A DNA stretch of 63,943 bases, the filler included, from Octopus bimaculoides (Eukaryota): the NCBI RefSeq assembly GCF_001194135.2. It is 5 parts of 5 records of this genome, joined end to end, with 100 filler letters (N's around TTAATTAATTAA, not from the genome) between each part and the next. Parts side by side here need not be neighbours in the genome. Positions count along the whole stretch, not along the records: positions 1 to 27,538 come from NC_068984.1; positions 27,639 to 49,423 come from NC_068983.1; 3 more parts are not named here. One strand, 5' to 3'. The notes under the pieces were generated by a model. It was not told where the DNA came from and made no database searches. It was given only the letters and a program-made list of their open reading frames with translations. Positions 27,394-38,164 of this stretch are shown here, piece by piece; position 1 is the stretch's first letter, and each line of letters opens with the position of its first letter. Both the position numbers and the translations under genes were made by a program.

Positions 27394-27479
27394 ACCACTC
27401 CTGAAGAAGTGCCAAATGTCTAAATCCAATGGACCAGTCACTGGATAAGTTTGGCACAGAAATGTTAACATAGAGTGGT
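27394..27479 (+). ncRNA. Type I hammerhead ribozyme motif (Penelope pLTR/retrozyme type)
   Basis: Stem I ACCACTC/GAGTGGT; core CTGAAGA at 27401-27407; stem II GTGCCAAA/TTTGGCAC; GAAA at 27459-27462; palindromic stem III ATGTTAACAT; cleavage triplet AUA (after 27472). Confidence 0.78.
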
Positions 27480-27538
27480 GAATAAATCGATATATCGAAT
27501 TTGAAGTCTCTGTCTCTTTTGAATATGAAAATTTAAAA

Positions 27539-27638
27539 NNNNNNNNNNNNNNNNNNNNNNNNNNNNNNNNNNNNNNNNNNNNTTAATTAATTAANNNNNN
27601 NNNNNNNNNNNNNNNNNNNNNNNNNNNNNNNNNNNNNN
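27539..27638. other. Artificial 100-nt scaffold gap (44 N + TTAATTAATTAA + 44 N); the same linker occurs at 49468, 58231 and 59843
   Basis: An identical all-frame-stop 12-mer is centred in N runs four times. Confidence 0.95.
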
Positions 27639-28078
<440 letters not shown>

Positions 28079-28129
28079 ATTACACTATATATAAACAATC
28101 AGGGAAGTTGGTTTGAGATTTGTTGAGAT

Positions 28130-28380
28130 TTTCCCTTAAAGCAAGATCTCTTCTCAGATTACGCTATTGCAATTTGCTGCAGTTCGGTAATGGCAGTTTC
28201 AGTGGCAATATTTTTCAGCCTCCAAAGGTAACTGTGTCGATGTTCCCAAAAATGCACCAGTTACGAGAACAATAATTGTGCTCTTAGACTTCCAGTATAT
28301 TTTCAAGATGATGTTTAGGTTCTGATAATTCTCAGTTGTTCATTTTTTTTGGCATTGGCATACACTGTATTTTCAAACGG
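28130..28380 (-). mobile_element. R4/Dong-like RLE LINE extreme C-terminal fragment
   Basis: Minus strand: ENYQNLNIILKIYWKSKSTIIVLVTGAFLGTSTQLP..TETAITELQQIAI, resembling EKYxDL..W..VPVVIGALG..LQK.A. Confidence 0.5.
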
Positions 28381-29071
28381 TATTGTACGGTCTATGGTGT
28401 TAAACTTATTTTTAACACTCTATAATCATGCTAGATATTTTTGCTCTTTTCCTGTGCTTAGTTTTTATGGGGAAACCGCAAAATATTCTTTAAATTTTAT
28501 TCGCTTTCACTGCATTTGGCTCGTTTTGAGTCTACCTTTGTGCTGTTTTGCGTGTGTATAATCGGCTTTTGTTTTCAATATCAATGCAGCTAGTTAGTAC
28601 GTCAGAATAAATGCTTAGTGAAATTTTTCCTGCCTTGTGTTCTTTATAAAAATTCCGTAGATGCCAAAAACTAATATACTGGTCAGTTACTGGTGTCGAT
28701 AAAACCGGGAAACCCAGCCATCGTCTAAAACTGCTGGCCGTGTTTCAGAAAGTGAAAGCAATTTTTTGCAGCTCTTTACGTCATAAATTCAATTCACGCC
28801 GAATTCGCAATTGATTTCCACCTTTTTAGAGTCAATAAGACAAAGTACCTGTCAAGTACTGGGATCGATATTATTCACTTACATCCTGCCCCAAAAGTTA
28901 CTGTTCTTGTGAGAACATTAGAGGAAAGCATTCTTATCATTATTATTATGATCATTATTATTATTTTAGAAAGTTAAAAGAAGTGATTTTAAATTCTCAA
29001 TCGCAGAATAATGCTAATAATATAGCCTGAACAGGATAAACTACCCCTATTTTGCAGAGAAAAGTGTAGGT

Positions 29072-29145
29072 GGCTAGCTGTGGACTGGAACTCACTTCCC
29101 CGTGATTACATGTCACGATGCTTTGACCGATTAAGCTAAGCTACC
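29072..29145 (-). pseudogene. tRNA-Thr(TGT)-like cloverleaf, copy A
   Basis: A box TAGCTTAATCGG; D stem GCTT/AAGC; anticodon stem CGTGA/TCACG with loop CATGTAA; B box GAGTTCCAGTCC; TTTT 3' trailer. Non-canonical A33 and a 1-nt-short T stem. Confidence 0.75.
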
Positions 29146-29231
29146 CACTACAAATTCCTCTGCAAATTAAGATATATAAATCTCGCTTTATGAGACGCTC
29201 TCATATGTTAAATTCAGAGGAATTTGTAGTG

Positions 29232-29305
29232 GTTAGCTTAGCTTAATCGGTCAAAGCATCGTGACATGTAATCACGGGGATGTGAGTTCGAGTCCACGGC
29301 TAGCC
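29232..29305 (+). pseudogene. tRNA-Thr(TGT)-like cloverleaf, copy B (best preserved)
   Basis: Acceptor GTTAGCT/GGCTAGC; A box TAGCTTAATCGG; loop CATGTAA; variable loop GGGAT; B box GAGTTCGAGTCC; downstream TTTT terminator-like run. Confidence 0.8.
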
Positions 29306-29540
29306 ACCTACACTTTTCTCTGCAGAATAGGGGTAGTTTATCCTGTTCAGGCTATATTATTAGCGTTATTCTGCGATTGAGAATTTAAAATCAGTTCTTT
29401 AACTTTCTAAAAGACATCTCAACGCTTCTAAAAGCAAACTCCGTTTGTTTATTTACGTTTGTCGTAATTTGAATTTTACATATGAGAGCGTTTCATAAAG
29501 TGAGATTTATATATCTTAATTTGCAGAGGAATTTGTAGGG

Positions 29541-29614
29541 AGTAACTTAGCTTAATCGGTCAAAGCATTGTGACATGTAATCACGGGGATGCGAGTTCGA
29601 GTCCACAGATATCT
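29541..29614 (+). pseudogene. tRNA-Thr(TGT)-like cloverleaf, copy C (altered acceptor stem)
   Basis: Same D, anticodon and T arms and the same A/B boxes; acceptor strands AGTAACT/AGATATC. Confidence 0.7.
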
Positions 29615-29879
29615 ACCTACACTTTTCTCTGCAAAATAGGGGTAGTTTATCCTGTTCAGGCTATATTATTAGCATTATTCTGCGATTGAGAATTTAAAAT
29701 CACTTCTTTAACTTTCTAAAAGACATCTCAACGCTTCTAAAAGCAAACTTCGTTTGTTTATTTACGTGTGTCGTAATTTGAATTATTATTAGTATTAGTA
29801 TAAGTATTACTATTACTATTATTGTTCTTGTTATTATAATTATAATTAATGTTGTTGTTGTTATTATTATTATTACTTT

Positions 29880-31985
29880 AAAAGGATTGACAGAACTCTT
29901 CAGAAAGGAAGACAGTCAAGATGAAGAGCGCAATTCGATTGTAAGAGACATTTTATTGGTTGAATGATATTTCGACAGTAAGTCTGTCTTTGTCAAGTTC
30001 AAAAATAGAAATGATAAAGATTCGAAATTATAGAAATTTAAATTAAAATATGAACGAGAGCGACCAGCGTTCACCCGTTGACGGAATGACATCATCAGTC
30101 TTGAAATTTCAATTATATAACTGGCGAAAAGAAAAAAAGGCAGAAAAAAGACAGCAAAAAAGAGGAAAGAACGAAAGGAAAGGAAACAGAAGAAGAATAT
30201 TCAATGAAGCAATTCTGTATAAATTTGATGATATTCACCTGTCATTTTATTCATTCCTCCAGGGCCTGATGTTAATAACCCGCAATCATATTTCTCCTCA
30301 TGCATTTCGAGAAGTGAAAGTGAAATAGATTGAGAATATTTTCTGAGAATATGCACTTTCACGTCTTTTTCAAATTTCCGTACATTCTGACAAGTGAAAG
30401 TGGGATACATTCAGAATATTTTTTGAGAATAGGTAATTTCAAATCTTCTTCAAAATTGCAGCCGGTTGAAACGAAATGTTCAGCAAGTTCTGTTGAACTA
30501 CTGTTCTTGTGCCTGACGTCGTATCTGTGTCCATTAAATCTTTTGTTTAATTGTCCTGTTGTACAACCAACATAAATCAAATTGCATTTTGTGCTTTCTG
30601 CCACGTACGCCACATGGAAATATCTACATGTCCGACCTTCTGTGTAAATCATAACATTTCTGTTATCATTCCTGACGGAATTTAGTAGGCTCATGTTGAT
30701 GCACAATGAACAGGGCTTACCTCACTTGCGGCTATTTTTCAAGGTACAGCGTGCAGATACGCCAATGTTCATTTCCTTTGAGTTAGAAATAGAGGTCAAT
30801 AATTCTCTCAAATTTTTACTCTGTCTAAAGATTACTATAGGTGGCTGAGGATATATCTGCTTATAAAGAGGATATTTTTTAGTCACTCGCTGCTAACTTT
30901 CATGCAACACCTTTGAAATGCCAGCGAAATTTCGATATCAGATAATCACTAAAGGAATTCTGTCATTTATTGTAAACCTCAATAGCCTACAGAGAAAATT
31001 TGATGGAATACTTTTGTTTGACCGATTTTCGAAGGAATCCGTGCATGCTTCTACACCGTCATCGTGGTCAATATTGGGACGTGTGGAAGAAACATCTATG
31101 GTTACCAAAAGACAGTTCTCCATATGGGCTCGGTGCTTAAAAATATTGGATTCAGCCTTATTATAATACGTTGTTTTCCTCCATTTCCAGAATTATTCTG
31201 TCAAGTCCCTCTCAGTAATTGACGTTTGGATCGACAAATAATTCTTGATATGAAGTTTTATCATTTAAAACTTCTTCACAAACCTAAATATACTCCCTTT
31301 TGTCCATAATTACGATAGCGCTTCCCCTATCAGCCATTTCAATAAGATTAGAATCGTTATTAGCTAGACGTCGGAAGTCGTAACGTTGGGAATTTGTGAG
31401 GTTATCGAGGACTTCTTTCTGCTTGTTTTCAGTGTTCCTCTCATGCTTGTCTGACAAGATTCAAGACATTCCAGTAGAGCTTGTGAACGTCCATCCCGAA
31501 CTTTATCTGGATAACAATTGAGATTCTTTTCAATACAATTATGTCAGATTCGGTCATCATCACTTTTATTTTCAGTAAGCATAAGGTTTTCTGTCTTATC
31601 ACTACCAGTTTTTTCAAAACACTTTCGTTAAGCTTGTCGGCGGACAAACTGAAATAGCGCTCGAGCAAGTTTAGTCTTGTCAAAATTCTTAGTGCATGGG
31701 CAGAAACGCCGTCCAGATTTCAAAAATGAGACATTACCAGGCGAAAGTTTTAGCTTAGATGAATTTCTGATCGAGTTGTTCTCTAGTGTGATCAATTTTC
31801 TCGGGCGAGTGGTTTTCAGAGTCTTACTCTCATTAGATTCCTGACTACTTTTGTTCGAAATCTTCACTTGAAACATGGAACATTTTTGGTGGTAAAATTT
31901 GTTCTGAATGTTCATGTGAAACGCTATAATTTTTAGTCATCCATCTGGGGGTAATCCATTTCTGGGTGGGTGATAGAAATTGGGT
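29880..31985 (-). mobile_element. Penelope-like element (Neptune-like), decayed, with internal deletion of the RT core
   Basis: N-terminal LKLSPGNVSFLKSGRRFCPCTKNFDK; DNLTNSQR..EMADRGSAIVIMDK; LVTIDVSS; GIY-YIG HVAYVAESTKCNLIYVGCTTGQLNKRFNGHRYD..LAEHF; 3' region carries a hammerhead-like motif. Confidence 0.88.
29960..30002 (-). ncRNA. Degenerate minimal hammerhead motif in the PLE 3' end (homologue at 45179-45223, -)
   Basis: TTGAA-c-TTGACAA-A-GACAG-actta-CTGTC-GAAA-TATC-aTTCAA. The second copy has stem I TTTGAAC/GTTCAAA and core TTGAGTA. Confidence 0.55.
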
Positions 31986-31990
31986 GAACT

Positions 31991-32800
31991 TCGGAAAATC
32001 GGACAAAAAATGTATTCCATCAAATTTTCTCTCTACATTATTGAGGTAAGTGTTATAAAGTAGCACAATGAAGTTTAGACAAAGATTTTACCACCAGAGG
32101 AAAGGTTGGGCCATGGACACCCCCATGGCAGTTAATTTCGCCAATGTCTTCATGCCGAAATTCTAGATAACAGTTTATTAAAAACATTCAAATCCATTCA
32201 TGGTAGTTCTGGTTACGGTTCATTGATGGCATCATTTTCTCTGGGAAGGATCACAAGATAGTTTAATGGGCTTCTATCATTTCTGTAACTATTGTGCTGA
32301 AAACTATGGATTTAAGTCGAACCTAAAATTTACGCCTTGCTTTTCAAGAACTGGCGTTCAATTTTTGGACACAAAAGTTATGTTTCCTTGAGGCAGAATA
32401 GTGACAGAGATATTTTGCAAGCCCACGTCATCCCACATATATTTCCACCGCTGCTCCGATCATCCACATTATATAATTCGGCAACCCCAAAATCCCAATT
32501 TTTGAGGATAATATGTATTGTACTGACATAGGTGATTACTGGAAACATGCAAAAGTGTTTGTACATCATTATGCCAAACGCAGTTACAGTGAATCACGAT
32601 TAAAAGTAATAGCAAAATGACATAGCTACAGATTAGCAATGAAAGTCAAACTTTCATGCATACTCTTAGCAAACACAATACAATAATAAGAAAGATTTAA
32701 TGGGCATAGACTGGACGTCAGGCAAAATAACAGTAGTCTGACAAAACTTGCCGAACATTTCGTTTCAAACAGCTGCAATTTTGAAAGAAACTTGAAAGTG
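31991..32800 (+). mobile_element. Second Penelope-like fragment in the opposite orientation (RT core plus start of GIY-YIG)
   Basis: CIPSNFLSTLLR; GWAMDTP-MAVNFANVFM; RFIDGII; VQFLDTKV; CKPTSSHIYFHRCSDHP; ERFNGHRLDVRQNNSSLTKLAEHF. Confidence 0.85.
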
Positions 32801-33200
32801 TTTTTGCGTTTTATCTTTTTGGGGTCGATAAATTAGGTACTGTTGAATTACTGGGGTCGATGTAATCGCCTATCCCCCCTCCCCAGTATTTCAGGTCTTG
32901 TGCTTTTTGTAGAAAATATTATTATTATTTTTCTTAGCGTGTAGATAAAACGCTTTGCAGCATTTCTTCCAACTCTTTACTTTCTACGTTCAAATAATGT
33001 TCAGTACGACCTACTCTTTCATATTTCGGGGTCCATAAAATAGTTGTGTATTGTAGTTCATGTAATCAACTAACACCCGCCTCCTAAAAAGTTTGTCTGG
33101 AAATATTTGAAAGAAATATTGTTTTTGCTGTTATTAACAAGAGCAACATCTTCAACAAAAGCAAACAAAAATACTAACAGTTTTAACAATATTGATGAAG

Positions 33201-33204
<4 letters not shown>

Positions 33205-33251
<47 letters not shown>

Positions 33252-33318
33252 ATGATGATGATGATTATGATGATGATGATGTGGTGGTGGTGGTGGTGGT
33301 GGTGATAGTGATGATGAC

Positions 33319-33359
<41 letters not shown>

Positions 33360-33385
33360 CGATGACGACGACGACGACGATAATG
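33205..33385. repeat. Compound (GAT)n/(GGT)n/(GAC)n microsatellite
   Basis: Direct inspection; it explains the poly-D/M/H ORFs. Confidence 0.97.
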
Positions 33386-33480
33386 ATGACGATAGTAATA
33401 ATTTGTACACCCAGAATATAATGTACACGCCTCAACAGCGCAGATGTGCCCCATTTTTTGCAAGTGGAATTCAACACCAT

Positions 33481-34790
33481 TCATGATGACGGACGATATC
33501 TTAAGTGCAGGTGCATTTGGAAAGAGATTTTACATCAGATTAATACACTGTGGGTGGAGAAATGTGGCATTAATTCCATATCTACTGGTTTAACTGACTG
33601 AATGAAAATATCTTGCCTCTAGCAAAATGTCAACAAAGTTTCAAAAGATAGTTTGGATATGAATCTACAAAATTCTTTCGAAAGGGCGCAGATCACAACA
33701 CATAGGAAAATGAAAAGAGATAGACGTGATAGCGCTATTGAACTAAATCATGCAGCTGTATCCTTGAGAAAACTGTCAACGAAATAGTGCAATAAAACAG
33801 CAAAATCAAAGAGTATCTGCAAAATCAATTTTGAGATAATTGAAAATCTCGGTGACGGCGTAGAATGTGAAAATCAATTCACCGTTGTTAAGAAGAAAAA
33901 AGTTGTGCTATCAGAGTTTAGATATAAATTGTGCTATTTCAGCTATTACTCCAATCAAGAAACCGTTTAATTTTACATTATCATTAAAACAATAAGACAC
34001 AAAATAATTGTCCCTAGGGGTAGGTAATATAAAACAAAGATATTTAATACCACGAATACTACAATGAAAAATACATTAAAATAATGCGATATATGAAACA
34101 TGCATATTAAACATCGAGTAGGATAATTATATTTAAAAGTTATCATCAGTGCAAGTGTTTTAGAATTATTAGGGCCTCTTCAGCCGAAAATTGTTGAAGT
34201 GGTGATGGAAGAATCGTTAAGAAACATTATCGATGCTGACTATATCCAACGATCGTGATATGCAATATATAGAAATATTCCAACTACAGATACGAGTCAA
34301 AATCATTCTCAAATCAATCTCTGTTTTACAAAAATGATCACAACAGAATTCAACACAGCTAATAAATAAATAAGTTATACAATGTTAGCACTACATTTAA
34401 AATATAGCATCACTCTGTCAGTTTAGAATTTAGAATGAAACGCCAAGAGCCAACATTTTGGTATAAAATGAAATATAATTGAAAATATCTGCACAGAAAA
34501 GAGCAGTATGTAATATATTTTCGTTTCATAAATATCACAAAATGTAAACTGATTTTATGGTTTGCAAGAAATTTTTGTCTGGCGTCAAACTATTTGATGA
34601 TATGTTTTGTAATATGTTATGTAGGTATATATCATCGCCTGAATATTTAACCATATGACCAATAACTAATATATCCATTAAATTATTTACAGATTCATGC
34701 AGAATATTTTCATTGTTGCTACGAGAATACCCAATACAATACCAAGTAATTTCAATATGCAATATAATACAAGCCGCACGCGTCTTATAT
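33481..34790 (-). pseudogene. Probable decayed intronless ionotropic glutamate receptor / IR-like gene (S1, M1, pore, M3; possible N-terminal domain upstream)
   Basis: One minus frame with many stops gives, in the expected order: NGFLIGVIAEIAQ (compare EGYCVDLAAEIAK), LKIDFA, QFSQGY, LRPFERIL*I (compare LxPFxxxVW, TAG at the W), IF*NFVDILLE (pore, TGA at the W), TSR..ATFLHPQCINLM*NLFPN (M3). Core 33481-34080. Confidence 0.5.
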
Positions 34791-35289
34791 GAATATCAAT
34801 TGAATATCCTCGCCAGAAAATAACGTAATTGAAAATGTTGGCATTCCAGGATTATGGATAAATCAGGTAATACTTTCTATACTATGTATTTATGGGGATA
34901 CGTATTGTCAGCAGAATCAGTGTTTTATGTGAATAAACAGAAGGAAACTGAGTGACTAAATATTACGTTACCATTACAGCTTAAACGCGTAAAATGCGTC
35001 TATGAAATATACTTATACTGCTGTTGTTTTAAACTTAGTAGTGATATTGTTTGGCCACACATTGATTGTGGTGTAGTTCACTTCAAAAAAGGACAGAAGA
35101 TTATGTCATCATCATGGTATATGACATTTGAGACATTGTTTCAAAACTTAATTATGTAGACTGACCTTACTTTACTAGTGCAATAGATAGTTGTATGAGA
35201 AGCGTTCTGCATATGATTAAAAGTTCCTCGACAGATGAAAAGAGCATAATCACACACACATACACACGCGCGCGCGCATGCATATTTGA

Positions 35290-35327
<38 letters not shown>

Positions 35328-36174
35328 CAAATAGTAAATGAGTATATGCATATATACGTACAGGTATGTGCGTACCGACATCCACCTGTATGTATAGGTG
35401 CATATCTGGGTACAGGACATTGCAAACAGAACGTAAATGAGAAAACACACAAGTCACATCGAGAACATTCTACTTCATCAGCTAACCCCGTTTTAACACC
35501 GGCGTTTCGAAGAGCTGGGCAGGACGCATCGTTAAAACAGCTCTTCCCATGGACCGCAAATTAAATTTGTATACACAAATTAAATCTTGCCATGGAGGAA
35601 TGTTGTGGCGGACAAAAAACAAGACAAGAAAACAAACAGAAAAGGCTTTACGGCCAGACGAGAAAAATTATTTGTGTATGAACCCTGTGAGACACGAACT
35701 TGAAAGGGACGAAGTAGTTGCGCGTGTTTGCTCGGCGATAGCCAAGGAAGAAAATGATTATTGACCGGAAGCATGTGACCATGCCGGTGTAAGGGGAAGA
35801 GAGAGAGAGTGGTAGATGGAGAAAGAAAGGGAGGAAGTAGAAGAATAGGTGAGCAACGAGAGGAAAAGAGAAAGAGAGGAAGTACGTGGGGGTAAAGCGA
35901 GATACGTAGTAGTAAAGAGGAAGAACGAGAATATATATATATCACAAAAAATATTACTATAAACTGAGTTTAAATTGAGATTCTTAATCTAAACTGTTCG
36001 ACGAGCGAGAACGTGAAACTAAGAGCAGCAGTTTATTGTTATATTTTTGTGATACCTTTCCAGCTTTATAATATAGCATATTACTCCACCTCCGGTATTC
36101 TAGTACTGTCTTTTCCCACCTTCTTTCACATTTATGTGCTTCCTTTGATATATATATATATATATATATACTAC

Positions 36175-36544
36175 GGCACTACGTCGGTCACGGTGACGAG
36201 GGTTCCGTTGATCCAATCAACAGAAAACTCTGCTCGTAGAAGTGACGTCTAAGTTGCTGAACACTCCACAGACACGTGTACCCTTAATGTAGTTCTCGAG
36301 AAAATTCAGCACGACAGAGTGTGACAAGGCTGGCCCTTTAAAACAAAAGGTACGAGAGAAACAAGAAAAATAAGTGCGAAAAAGTTGTGGTGAAAGAGTA
36401 CGGCAGTGTCCGCCACTATTCCTTGGCCTCGTGGAGCTTTAAGTGTTTTCGCTCAATTAACACTCACAACGCCCGGTCTGGGAATCGAAACCGAGATCCT
36501 ATGACCGCGAGTCCGCTGTCCTAACCACTGGGATATTGCGCCTC
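36175..36544 (-). mobile_element. Full-length tRNA-derived SINE (tRNA-Arg-like head, third family)
   Basis: Head GAGGCGCAATATCCCAGTGGTTAGGACAGCGGACTCGCGGTC..GGTTTCGATTCCCAGACCGGGCG (A and B boxes); tail ggatcaacggaaccctcgtcaccgtgaccgac ending at (TA)n. Confidence 0.85.
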
Positions 36545-36828
36545 AAATACACATATGTAAAGGCAGTCATCAAATGACATACAGCTGTCTCGCAAAAATC
36601 ACATCGGACATCGCATAACTTAATACTGGTAACTTCGGAGACATTTTGCAATGAATATATATCCTTAAGTAATCTAAGGAACGATACATTCTATACATAT
36701 GACTAATTGTATTTCTTCCACAAAGAACACGCTCCCAGAAACACAGAAGCCCACTTTCATACACTAAAGCTCGCACACACACGCACACAAATACAAACAC
36801 ATGCACACACACTCAAGTACACATATTC

Positions 36829-37044
36829 CAAGAGCTGGTGAAAAGTTTTTGGGTTTGGGTAAAAACAAATACGAGAGTATCCGTGAATGATGTTATAATG
36901 GTGCATTCTACGCTCTCAGATTCATACACTTATTGCAGCGGTCCTTCAGCTTTTCTCAATCATGTAAGAGAACTCAAAATTTCGGGCTTCCAACCAGGCA
37001 TTTCTCGATACCCTTAAAGCCAGTAATTTTTCAGCACCCTCTTG
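36829..37044. mobile_element. Mariner-derived MITE-like element
   Basis: Imperfect terminal inverted repeats caagagctggtgaaaagtttttggg / aaagccagtaatttttcagcaccctcttg, about 216 bp, no ORF. Confidence 0.5.
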
Positions 37045-37050
37045 TGTGTA

Positions 37051-37119
<69 letters not shown>

Positions 37120-38164
37120 TATCTGGCTATGAGAAGATTGTTATAAATATAATTTCATTCTAGTGAAAATGCCTATGGTGTCAGAACTATAACACATTCG
37201 TAGATATGGATTGTTAGGCGTCCAACAATGTGGGTCATAAACCATGAGAACATAGCTTACACACGCTGTTTTGTTTCATAAAAGTTTAGTTGTAAATCTC
37301 TTTTAGGTTTTACATAACAACACCAGAGTAGAACATGAACGCTAACTCTAAATAACTATTATGTGCAATCAAATAGCCATTTGCAGAGAAGCAGAAATAG
37401 GCAAAACCGTCAGGTTATATACGTTCATATACATTTATGACTTTATATGTTTGAATATGTTTCGAGTTAAACTGGGGTAAAGGGAAGTATATAAAATGTA
37501 ATATTGTTTATTTAGAATATGCTGATGATACTTTCACAACGCGATTTTTTACACAGGAAATTTCTGCATTCATGTGGTTTTCCCCTGCATTTGCGAGTAA
37601 GAAATAGGTAATTGACATTATAATTCTTTTTTAGAGACATTCTATTCATAGAAATTTGCTGTAAGAAAAGGAAAGGCATGTGCCCAAGAGATTAATGAAT
37701 GGTTGGGTATGGGCTGCAAAAGTGACAGCCTACAAAAAGAAGCGATTACTGAACATACATGAAATGGATCCGTCCCGAGACAGATCTGTCATAGACACAC
37801 ACACACACACACACACACACACCGCACGTATATATATGTATATACATAACTCTGGTCGATACACTTTTTACTGACTGCGGTTTTCTGGTTGTATAAACAA
37901 TCTTTTCCAATTGTAAAGAATACCAAGAGGCATTTGTCCTTGTTTCGGTAAAATAGTAATTCTATAGCATACCCCTATTTTATAACGTTCTGTATAAATA
38001 AATATACCTGGTCACGTTAGTTCATTTAGTTTTATTGCTTCAAACTATAAGTTATAAAGTCAATAGTATATGAAATGTAAGATAGCATCACCATTTACTA
38101 AATGCCTACTGTTAATTGTCTAATATGATGGATAAAACACAAATCATCATACACATACCTTCAT

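Larger units (their letters stand above)
28964..29784. repeat. Array of a 309-bp tRNA-containing unit: one inverted copy (28964-29214, -) plus two direct copies (29215-29474 5'-truncated; about 29471-29784)
   Basis: Period 309 bp (cagaggaatttgtag at 29215 and 29524). The direct copies differ at 15 of about 260 positions. Both ends run into (ATT)n-like tracts. Confidence 0.95.

Noticed and set aside
27583-27594. TTAATTAATTAA recurring four times (27583, 49468, 58231, 59843)
   Set aside because: Always centred in a 100-nt N gap; it is a scaffolding linker with stops in all frames, not biology.
28964-29784. Calling the three cloverleafs functional tRNA genes, or the array a CRISPR
   Set aside because: A33, the short T stem and acceptor mismatches argue against translation-competent tRNA; there is no repeat-spacer structure or cas gene, and the context is eukaryotic.
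33107-33484. Poly-Asp/His/Met/Ser ORFs (also poly-ER at 39.7 kb and poly-YI elsewhere)
   Set aside because: Translations of microsatellites.
33481-34800. Alternative minus frame with many hydrophobic stretches suggesting a 7TM protein
   Set aside because: T-rich strands give F/I/L-rich translations by composition; no family motif. The other frame has ordered iGluR-like motifs.
37900-37960. About 60-bp direct repeat with 39105-39165, suggesting LTRs
   Set aside because: The second copy lies inside the Chapaev3 coding region; this is a stray transposase fragment, with no TG..CA ends, PBS or PPT.
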